Positions 22,144 to 35,300 of a stretch of 40,787 nt of DNA are shown here, one piece after another (position 1 is the stretch's first letter; each line of letters opens with the position of its first letter). Below the pieces are notes generated by a model. The model had not been told where the DNA came from. It did no database searches and was given only the letters and a program-made list of their open reading frames with translations. The stretch covers positions 1 to 40,787 of the forward strand of contig RBNJ01000117.1 in NCBI GenBank assembly GCA_003990765.1. Direction: 5' to 3'. This DNA is from Jimgerdemannia flammicorona (taxonomy: Eukaryota). The translations under genes were made by a program, and so were the position numbers.

Positions 22144-23698
22144 CTACAACTCCCGCAACATCCGCTCCCTCCACTTGCGCACAGTTCTCGTGATCTCTCC
22201 GTAGTTGTCCGACCCGAGATTGTGGCCCTGCGCCTTGACGCACTGGAAGACTGTGTAGTAGAGATTGTCGGCGGGTTGAGTTCTGTTTTGAGGAAAGGGA
22301 GTGAGAAGGGAAGTTAATCGTTGGACAAGCGACTCTACGTTCTGTTAACGGGTGGATTGGGAGTGTTTGAATGGCTGAACTATAGGCCAAAATGCGATAC
22401 ACACGTGTATTTCCCGTCGGTGGTGATGAACAAATACTCGCCGACGACGAAATCGGGAGAGAGGTCAAAATACTGGGCAACTGTGATAGCGTGCGGGTGC
22501 AAGAATCAAAAGAACCTATATCAGCATTGTCTTTTTTCCATGACCCATTCCGATCGTCAGAAACCCGTCAATCAAATAGAATACAATAGAGAGATACCAA
22601 CAATCGCTGAGCTCGACGTCGAACCAGCGCGAGTGGTAGTGCATTTGGGCGGGATTGTCGGTGAAACCGACCGAGAAGCGGATACGCTTTGGAGCGTAGA
22701 TCGGATCCCTAAGGAGCGTAAAAATACATGTGAGAGGGAGAGGTGTGTGTAAATCCGAATGATCATCGATGGTATTATTCCCAATACTAATTGTGTAGTG
22801 CTTGACATACCCTAACTGCCAGATCGCCTGTGATAATTGGTTAGAAATAGAAGAGGGATCGAAGGGCGGAAACGCGCGGGTGAGCTTTCAAAAATCCCAT
22901 CTAATATTTGCCACAACCACCTAGAACCTCCGAACGACCTTCCACGTCGATATCTCTTACCCTGTACGGGATAATTTCAACCCCTCTCACGATGCACATG
23001 CCGGTCATTTTGTAGCAGAGCCACTCGCGCGAGTCCAGATTTCCAACCTCGCCTGACATACTCCCCGTGCTGCTCCAGAATTTTGTGGGCCGGTTTTCGA
23101 ATAGGGTTTGCTGAATGTCCTGGCAGTATACGTCGTCCGTTGTGCTCGCCGCTAGGCCAGAGTGGAGGAGGGTCGGGAAGGTTGTGGGTGTGTTCGGAAC
23201 GGCGGGGCGCGACGGCGGGACGACGCACTTGGTAAGCGAGACTGTGATGGATGGAGGGGTAGAGCGGTGTGGGTGAGTATGATGTGATGCGATGGGTACG
23301 GCGATCGTGCACAACTTGGAGGAAAAGAAATGTTTTTACTAACGATTTTGCTTGCAGAATGATTTGGGATGCCTACAACAGGAGACGAACTGTCCTCTCA
23401 ATCCCATCCTCTTCGAGCAAGCCACTGACGGGTCCGTCTCGGACCGGCGGCGGAGGAGTTCGTTAGAATAATGATTACTCAACGTCTCCAGCTCCTCCGC
23501 GCTGACGGGCACTCCGGGCGTGAACTTCAACATGTCGCCTTCCGGATCAAGGCAGAGGGCGCTCCAGACGTCGGGGGAGTAGGCAATCTGGTTCCAGAGC
23601 TTTGAGACGGCCGACGCGCGGGCAATACTTGAAAAATTTAGGAAGGAGAGGGTATGGAAGGAGATTTCCGTTGGCAGGGTAGCGAAAGGGTCTGGCAT
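22144..23698 (-). CDS. F-box protein, At4g00755-like family (F-box plus C-terminal beta-sandwich domain), multi-exon
   Basis: F-box DPFATLPTEISFHTLSFLNFSSIARASAVSKLWNQI. Spliced C-terminal domain ASTTDDVYCQDIQQTL..FWSSTGS..EWLCYKM..EIIPYR/AIWQLG/DPIYAPKRIRFSVG..GKYTTQPADNLYYTVFQCVKAQG. Stop TAG at 22144. Confidence 0.85.
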
Positions 23699-24322
23699 TT
23701 TGCCAAGTGAAACAGCAAAGAGAAACGCCGTTATCAAGTGACTGTTCAAAACGTGTGAAGGGTCTCGCATCATGTGAGATGAAAGAGTCACGACCAAGCG
23801 TTCGGCCGAAAAAAAAAACTACCTGCGATTTACATAATCATCGCCGAAACTGCCTCACACCCCTTGGCTACATATATGTGGGACGTCCATTGTTCTCCAG
23901 TCCTGGGATTGCTCTCGACATGTTTTGCCACAGATCTCCTCGCAAAAAAGTGTCAGACATGTTCGACAACAAAGAGCCGATCAATGCGGCAATCATCTGC
24001 AAGGGATACGGAACCTGAAAATACCGAGATAGCAAACCTGTACCAGCACGTTAGGATCGCCTAATTGCAATGAAGATATGGTTTTTAAGACCCTCTAGTG
24101 AGTCTATTTTTTTTTAAAAACGCCACACTTTCGTAATGCGTTCTTGAGACAGACTCGGGGACCTAGCTACATGTCTCACCTCCGCTATAACAATTGCAAA
24201 GTCAGGACAGCAACGCATAATTTCTTGGAGCTGCCCACTCTCTTCTTTACTCGCCTCCAATTTCTGTCATAGCAATTGCAACTTTAGGACACTAAAAGAA
24301 CAGCAACACATAACCCCCTGTA

Positions 24323-24893
24323 GCTGCTCACTCCCCTCCTCCTCTCCCTTCTCCTCTCCCCCCTTCTCTGGTCACCAATACCCGGAGTACGGTTACATCG
24401 CCGTCTTCATGCTCTTTTCAGCCGTCTGCGTCTTTTCAAACCTTGCTTTCCTCGGCCTCGGAAAACGGTTCTGCCCGGACCGTTGACTATACGGAAAGAA
24501 TCGCACGTGGACACTCGTATGTTGTGGGATGTTGATGGCCATATCGCTGTCCACATCTGTGTTCTATATCGTCATCACCGTGTCCACGAGTCCTACTTTG
24601 TTAGCTTCTGTGTGACATATTGTCTTGCTATGTTGGTGAAATTGCTGGAGCGAATTATGCGTTCTCGCCGCTTATGGAGGCAAGGCGTAGCTGTACTACG
24701 ACTATCGCGTTGGACGCGTTCACGGTCGGGTTCTGGTGAGTAGCGTGTCGGTTCCCTTTGCGTATTTGTTTTTCGCAATTTACGATGTGACAAAGCCATT
24801 CATAAAGTGCTATACTCCCTTTAGGTACCTTGCCATAAGCAACATCTGGGCGACCTTATACGCCGTCTTTTACATTGTAGTCCTCGCAAAAGG
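24323..24893 (+). pseudogene. Possible small multi-TM membrane protein gene or pseudogene
   Basis: Successive hydrophobic segments (YIAVFMLFSAVCVFSNLAFLGLG; LVCCGMLMAISLSTSVFYIVITV; YLAISNIWATLYAVFYIVVLA) with an in-frame TGA at 24484. No family recognised; exon limits uncertain. Confidence 0.3.
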
Positions 24894-25789
24894 TAGATCT
24901 TACTTCATGGACCTTAATCGCCACGCCACCGACTTTCTCTTCCGGTACACACACTCTCACCCTTCCTATACTGCCTCCCCCCTCCCTTATACTTCATCAC
25001 CCATCGTTCTTCTCCTTCTCACAGTGCGTTCTTTGGGCTCATATTCTCGACAACCCCGCCCCGGGCCGCCATCGCTCTCCTCCGCCGCCGGCTCTTCCGA
25101 CCCTGATTATTAATGGAGGCGCTGAAGGGCTGAGGGGGGGGGGGGGGCGATGTGAGAAATGTCGTTATGTCACCTAGAGTTGCGTTGGGGGTGATATGTG
25201 CTATGATTATTATGTGTATCCAGCCTGAGTTTATCTCGTCGGTTTATTATTTATTATTTTTGGGGAGTTTCTCCTCCATTATACATGAGTTGATTTACGA
25301 AATCTGGATTTGGCAAACGACAAGTACATAATTCAGGTCGAAGCGATTAAAAGTGACTTAGGCATATCATAACACCGATAAACAAATCCCTTTTTAATTG
25401 CGAATCCCCCAATTATGTTCAGTCCCAACATTTACTATTTAGTTACCAACGTACGTTTTACATGCTACCAATCCGCTACAGGGTTGTTCACGACGATGCT
25501 CATAGGACCGAACAGCACGAGGATGACTGAATTTCCTGCAAGGAATTCGATTTTCAAACATCACCTGTCTCAAACGGTTATGACTGGCAGTGTTTTTGAT
25601 GGCTTGAACCTCTACCCAACTCTCGCCAATCCAATTGATCATGGTTATATTGTTCAAATCAAAATCTCGGCCGGAGACCTTTTTTATTTCTACACACGCC
25701 CCAAAGATTCTCACTCGAACCCCCTAAATCCCAAAACACAACTCATTTCCTCATTCTCCCTTTCCTAAAGGGCTATCGCACCGCCCCAC

Positions 25790-27510
<1,721 letters not shown>

Positions 27511-29397
27511 GTTTCGTTTTGGGAGGGGGGTTGTGTGGGGTTAGAATGGACAGGGGAAGCAATGGCAATTTATATTTTCAGATGGGATAATCAGCCGTCA
27601 TTAAATTTTCCAAAATGGGGATGACGAGAATTCGACTCATCTGGTTCACACTCTTAATTAGGCAATTTTCATCATCCATCTCGCCTTTGCGACGACTCAT
27701 AATGATTCTTTAATCGAGAGTCTTACATGTACACCAACCCCAAGGTGATTACGTGCACTTCCCCACTGACAGAACCACATCACCCACCCATTTCACGTGC
27801 TCGTCAGAGGCACATGCAAGATCGACCTACGTTAATGCCCCTTTACTTTGGGGTGAACGGCCGCATCGGAGGAAGCGCATATGATCGCCCTTACCGACTG
27901 ACTCTGCGAATGCCGAGTCTCATTTTAAACTGCTCGCAGGTAATTGTTTTCTGGGGAAGGGGAAGTGGCTTTACACATTTGCACTAGGTGAGCTGGATGA
28001 GTTCGAGCCCATGCAAGTATTTTTAAGCTTGATAATCAGACTACATCATGTCAAATAATTGAGGTTGGCGTTTCTTCCCAGTAAGCAGAACGCTCATTCT
28101 CTCCATCGCCTTTTGCAACACCATACAAAGAGCATTTAGGTCCCGCCTTGGAGGTTTCCGCAGACGGCAGTGAGCGGGTGAAAATCCCACCGAAACTGAA
28201 AAGCCTTGAAAAGACTTGTGGTATGGTGAGGCGGAAGGCCGCGACTCTACCCTTGTCACGCACTGTCATCGTGGGAGGGAGGTTACATACATACATGAAG
28301 ACGGGGAAGGGGCCGGGGGTCAGTCAGACAGGGTTCGTTGCACGGTATCGGAGTATTTGGCAGTAGCTGGTGATACATGGGAAGATATCTATTGCTGGCT
28401 GGTGAAAAGATGGTCAGTGAGCAGAGTCGAAGGAGGCTTCGTGTTGGTGCGAGTGATGTGGTGGGGCGAGGGATGGGGTAGAGGTCACGGTGGGAGGGAA
28501 GATGGTTATTCCTGAGCTATACGAAGCTTGCCTACCAGAGAGTGAAAAAGAGGGACGGCGCTTCAAACGGTCATCAGTGCATTAAATTCTCTCTCTCACC
28601 ACTATTCGCTTCCATCAACGGAGGTGGTTCGTGAGTTGGCATCTCGTCTACCTAAACTCCAGGTTGGTGTAAATACTCGCCTGAAGATCCTCCGTAGTAT
28701 GAGCAAAATAAATATTCATCATGTCTGTCTTTGGAATAACGCGTATTGCAATCTTGCCCGCTTTCTCATTGAGCAGTAATTTCCTCGAAAATGACGTTCG
28801 CGATGCAAGAACAATATATTTCATCAAATGCGTCGACAGGCTCCTCTTTGATGCGCACATCCCTGTGACGAAAACTGTTATTGTCATTGGTCACAACGTC
28901 TTTAACCGATTCAGTGGGACAGTAAAAGTCACCGAAAACCTTAAGGCGATGTGATTTATTGGTTGGCTCCCAAGAATTAAAATGGTTAATATAATTATGT
29001 TGAATAAAGGGAATGGTTATAGCTACTCTTGAGAGCAATTTTTCCAGCCACCTAATTACCTAACGCGTTCAGGGGTAACCCAGGTGATCAAGAGGGATCT
29101 GCGAGGCGCAGCAGCCAACTATATCGACGTTCCTTGTGAGAGATCCCAATTATGCACGGAATGTCATTCGTGGCAATGCGGTATTAACGATTGACCCGAA
29201 ATAGAAGTCAATATGTGGATGATGAATGCAATCGTTTCCATGCCGAGGGATCCATTTGAGTGATGTCATCCAAATGATTTGATTGGATGGTGATCATGTC
29301 GCATCGCGTCCGTCAACCACAAACGGTATAAGTAGAGTCACAGTTGGACTTGCAAAGCGCACTTTAAACTTTTGGGATTTGAACTTCCGTCTCCATA

Positions 29398-32300
29398 ATG
29401 CTGCCAATCGATTTCCCAGTATCTTTAGAGATCTTCAAGACCCTTCGCTCGGATCAACCGCATGCCCTTGCCGACCTTCTCGCTCACTGCCTCAGCGGTA
29501 TTCAAACTAAAGATGGCAACCAGCTCTTGAACGACTTCTTCGACCAAGTTTTTTGTCTAGTGCAGTCTCAACCGCAGTGCTACCTCTTCCCCTTGATCGA
29601 GTTTCTCAAACACATACGAGACGTTTTCAAGAAACCTGAACGTGCCGACCCCCAGGTCACGATCCACTCATCCGCATTATTGTTGCCCCTTACGCAGTGC
29701 ATCTTGGGACGCATGCTTAAGAGCATAGCCACCATACCGCAAACCGTGTACCTTGTCGCAACCTTTGTTGACCTCCTGGTCGCCGCGAACAAATGTGACA
29801 GTGTTGGGAGATTATTTCTTCGCGAAATAGTTGATGTGCCTGGTGCGTTTGAGAGTCTGTTGACTGGTATGTGCAAGCCTGTCTGTCCCTTGAAACTTGG
29901 AAAATAGAATACACCAATTCCATTCGTCGATTTTTACAACCTCCTACCAACCCAGCCCACACCGGCCACCGATCGCTCCAGAAACTCTTCGTGCACGTCG
30001 AACTTCGTGTAGAACCCTTAGCCCTCAATCTCGTCGATCGCCTGCATGCCTTCGTCCGCGACTGTGCCACAAAGGCCAAAATTCCTGCCTACGTCGAAAC
30101 TTACATGAAGCAGTATGATGCTTGCGAAACATTGCTCGGAATTGTGCAGCTTCAGTCAGCCAAACTCCGCAGTTCATTGTCGTTGGGGTGCGCGCGTGCG
30201 GGCGATACGACCTCTGAGAGATCTCGTGCCGTCAAAATCATTGTGCCGAAGAAGGGACGTAACGATGACGACCACTTTTTTGGGAGTTCGAAGAATGGAA
30301 AGAAGGACGCGAAACAGCAACAGCAACCGCCACAGGAGGAAGTGGTGTGTATTTTTTTTTATATTCTATGACAGTTACACCAATGTGATTATCGAAATAC
30401 ATGTGAAGACAGTCTATCGCTGAATTCAGATATTTGAATAGATGATATTCAGTGCAACGCATTTGCGTTGCTTCAAGTCCATTGACGTTAAGCCGCCTTC
30501 TACGTTCGAGCAATTCAAAGTCACCTTCTCCTACGTTGAATTAGTGAAATTCGGTTTGCTGCAAGTGTGTTCAAATCCGTTTTCGGGCCTTATCTAATTA
30601 TGATGGGTTCTCTTCTTTCTCACGTCTTCTTACTACTTCAAGACCCCCGTCTAATCCTTACTTCTTCTCGACATTCATAAGCAATACTTGGACTCCAATA
30701 TCTTCCCCAATCCCGACTTCCACAAATTCGCCCTCAATGTCCTCTCCGACCAACACGCCGTTCAAGAAGTTGAGCAGGGGCCGATATCGAATTCGCAATC
30801 CGTGGGCTGGCCGCTGAGTCCTTCGCCCACCTCACCCTCGTTCTCCCTCTCGGACTCGTTGGGTCAGTTTGGGGATGATTTAGGAGAGTGGACGATTCTC
30901 CTCAGCGATAAAGCAGGTAAGTGCGGATGCAGCCTTCTCGCAAATTTTCATGGAACCCAATTGATGTCTAAAGGACTCATCGCTTCATTGTTTTGTTATT
31001 ATGACTATCAGTGACTGGCCTACATAATCTGCGATCACTCGACAGTTTCAGGGTCATCAAAAAGAAGCTTCAAGAACTTGCATCTGGAGTTTGGACGGAT
31101 GATAATGCAAAGCCTTTGATGGGTGGTCCCACCCATCACCAATCATTCGGTAGGTGTTGGGTGTCGGCTTTGTCTTTGCTCTTTTCCATATCCTCTTTGC
31201 ACTTGTTACTTTTATCGTCGCTTCTTCAAAATAAAGACAAACTTGGAATGCCAAAACTTCGTTTTTCTTCCTGGGTTCATTTTGAGTTTTTACTGGTCGT
31301 TTCGTGCTCGCACAATTGCGCCAACAGGAATCAAGGTGTATGAAGCCAAAACGTTCCGCAACCAACGCATTGTCTGGCAGGTCGATGTGGACTATGTTCA
31401 ACGTTTGAACGCAAATGCTCAAGTTATTAAAGTATATTACGTTGCTTCCTCCATTTTATTTTTTATTTTTTTTATTTTTATTTTTTTTATTTACCTGCTT
31501 TTTATGATGAAGAGGATGTGCTCTTATCCTAGTACATTTTAGCTGAGACCTCTTAGCTCAATATATCGCGTTTTGTTTATCCTCTTTCCTCCAACTTCAG
31601 GTTTGGGCCATCGGCAATCATAAAGACGTCAGCACTATAATGAACAAGTACCTCTGGATGGTCCAACTAGGCTATTCTGAGGAGCACAAGAAGCGGTGTC
31701 AAATGCGCAGTTCGTCCAGGAGGGGCTCGAACGGTTCGTTGCAGCAATTCTCTCCTCTGGTATTTGACAGAGATGTCAAGAAGTTTGACATAGAGGAGGC
31801 GGTGGAAAAACAGACATTAAACGACGATGATAAGGTGCAGCTCCATAACTTGAGAGTGACCACAAAGTTCTTCCACTTGTCAAAGGTCGGTGACGTCTTT
31901 TCGCCTTCCAATCAGCACGAATTTGAGCGTGTTCTCTCAATAGATGAAATTTATATCTTATCCATCATCCATGTAGACGGTGATAAAATCGATCCTTGCA
32001 GGTTCGACGGATTTCGTTTTTTCTGTGAGCTCACAAGAACATGAAATCATGGAGTATCCTTCCTCCGCCATCGTCATCGGCCGGTCTGGTAAGCAATGAT
32101 ATCAATAACTAATTCTCTAAATGCGCGACAGCACCGAAATGCGAGCAATTTATATGTTCACCTACACATGTGTGATTTGGCTGCATTCTCTCTTCCCAAA
32201 GGTACCGGCAAGACTACGACCATAATTTTCAGAATGCTGGGTCTCTATCAAGCCTACCATAGTAATACTGGCGAATATCTCTACAAATCCCCCACTCTCC

Positions 32301-35300
32301 CTGAGTCTAAGAGCACACATCTCCATCAGATCTTCCTCACGCAATCTGCAGTTCTTTGCACTCGCGTGCGGTCCAATTTTCGGCGCCTCCTTGAGTCCAC
32401 AGACCGCGCGAGCCTCCCCAAAGAGGAGATCCTGTTGGCCGCCAAGCGTCGCCTGATGACGGACCAGGACAGCACCGAGGACGTGATGATTGAGGATGAC
32501 GATGGCAAGGAACTGTTCGTCGACGTTCCGATAAACATGAATGACCTGCGTGACGAACACTTCCCACTGTTTTTGACAGTAACAAAGTTTCTAGAGATGC
32601 TTGAGGTAACTTACGGTATTCGACGCGCCACTGCTGAGCTGCCAACTAGGGTGCCTACTGCGAAACGACTCTCGCTCTGGAGTGGTGCGAACCTTGGACG
32701 ATTTCTGCAGAATCGTATGAAAGTTGAGGATAGCAATGAAGAAAGCGGGGAGTCTGATGCAGATGACGATGAGACAAACGAGGGCAACACCGCAAAGAAA
32801 GACGTGCAACAAATCTTTGATACCCAGCAAGCCTGGGCGCACTACGTCACCTATGAGATCTTTGAGAGTAAATATTGGCCTCGGATAAACAAAAATTATA
32901 CGAATCATTTGGATTGCGCGCTTGTGTTCACTGAAATCATGTCCATCATCAAGGGTTCGGAGGCTGTGCTATCTACCGAGAAGGTGAACTTTTCATCTAC
33001 ATCGGCTGTTCTTTCATCTCTTCAACTGATGATGAATATCGAAATAACTGCCGTTTATTTAATAATAGGGTTACCTGTCCCGTGAAATGTACATCAACTT
33101 GAGCCAAAAGGCGTTTCCAACACTTCATTATGCTCGTGAGACTGTTTACGCCATATTTCAACAATATAAGATGCTCAAAGCGAGGTAACTTGAAAGTAGT
33201 TTGATGTATATTTGAAATTTTGGTTGTATCAAATTTGGATATGCACAATTATATCATCTTTTATATGGCAAACAGGTTCAACGACTTCGACGCTCCGGAC
33301 AGGTGCGTTCCATGCTTTTAATTTACTTTGGAACATTCTCGTACCGTGGAATGTCCATCGCCTTATTGAGCTCACGGCTGCCTTCCTTTCGGGCATGCTC
33401 CATATTAGGAGTTTTGCGATTCTCCAAGCCATTAATAGAAGCGGCTATCACGGCGTGGATTTTCACCAGATCTATGTTGACGAATGCCAGGACAATAATG
33501 TTTGCGATTATGCTGTGATGATGAAGCTCATTTCTGACCCTAAAGGACTCTTCTTTGCCGGGGACACCGCCCAAGCTGTCGCTCGCGGCTCATTGTTTCG
33601 CTTTGCCGATCTGAGCTCTTTTGTGTATCGCCACGAACATCAGCATCCATTGGTGCTGACTGGCCATCGCAAGCCTGTCCAACCCCGACTGTTCCAGCTA
33701 ACTACCAATTTCCGCTCGCACGACGGCATATTGAAACTCGGGGCAAACATCGTTCAGTTGTTGCACCATTTCTTTCCCTCTACCGTTGATGTTCTGGACA
33801 AGGAGCACGGCATTGTGGATGTACGTGTAAACTTCAAAGGCTTTATCGTTTTTAATATCTCGAGACACGAAAGATGAATGAATTCTCAAAGCCATGTTCG
33901 CCTGATATGTAGGGTCCCAAGCCGATTTTTTTTAGTGACTTCACGGCTGACAGCTTCCTCGATCTCTTCTGCTTCGGCGAATCATCTGACCAGCCCATTG
34001 AATTTGGTTCTGAGCAATGTATGTTTTGTTCGATAGTGAAAGGTGTTGTTATTTCTGTCCCAAACACACTATTAAGGCTGTTCCATCGGAATCTGGCAGG
34101 TATCATCGTCAGGGATGAAGCCGCCAAAGAAAAACTTCAGCAGCGCGTTCGTGGCATGGCTTTGGTGATGACTGTTTATGAGGTGCGTGTGGAATCATCC
34201 TCGGTTGAAGGCAATTTCTTCGAATTTGTACACTCTTTATCAAACATTGGGTTTGCAAGTGGATATTTACTAGGAATTACTCTGTGTATAGGCCAAAGGA
34301 TTGGAATTTACCGATACCTTACTATACAATTTCTGGCACGACTCTCCTGCACACGAGAAGGTTGTTTGGCTGATATTCTTCTCGCTATTACTTTGAATCT
34401 GAATAACCTTTCTACACAAACGTTTTGACAGGACTCTATCTTTTGTAGTGGGACGTAGTTCTGTCGACAATCAAAGGGAGCAATAATCGATGGTACCCTC
34501 AATTCGACCATAGGAAACATGTAATCCTTTCTGACGAATTGAAGCAGCTGTACGTTGCCGTTACGAGAGCAAGGTCGCACCTCTGGATTTTCGATGGTAA
34601 TCTCCCACTCTGTTGCTGATGTCGATCGAATGTATCAGTTTTTTTTTTTTTTTTTGGCGAATTGTCATAGTATGCATTTTACGTATTAAACATCCTAAAC
34701 GTTTTGCAGAGAGCGGATCCAGCGAGCCCATGAAGGAGGTTTGGCTATCCAACGGACTCGTGAAGATCGTAAGCAAAGGAGACGAACTACCATCTCTGGG
34801 AACGAAATCGTCGAGCGACGAATGGGACAAGCAAGGCCGCAATCTGTTCGAGCGTAAACAGTACGAGCACGCCGTCTTTTGTTTCACCAAGAGTAACAAC
34901 CAGAAGGCCAGGGAGCTTTCCGAGGCGTACATGCTACGCGACAAAGCCCGTCGTCTAGTATCCCAGTCGGCCAGCCAGGGTGATGTCAAGGACGCGTTCG
35001 TCAAGGCGGCACTGGCATTTGGCAAAGCTCAGAGACCGTTGCATGCTGCTGAGTGCTACCAGGTTTGTGATATATTGTAATGAAATGCTTTCTTTTTCTA
35101 GGTGATAATTAATTGTCGCGCTCTATTTCTTGGGCGATTTGAACATCTCATCTAGGATGTTGAGATGTATTACGAGGCTGGCCAGTGTTTCGAGCGGGCA
35201 AAGAGGTTCCAACAAGCAGTACTGATTTTCAAAACAGGAGGTCATTTTGACGAGGCGGTCGATATTTTGAATAGGTGCATTTCCATTCATGGAGTATCGT

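Noticed and set aside
24484-24486. In-frame TGA as selenocysteine
   Set aside because: No redox motif of a known selenoprotein family and no SECIS identified.
27520-29390. Several 70-100-aa ORFs between LYS1 and the helicase gene
   Set aside because: No recognisable motifs or consistent exon chain; treated as divergent promoter/intergenic DNA.
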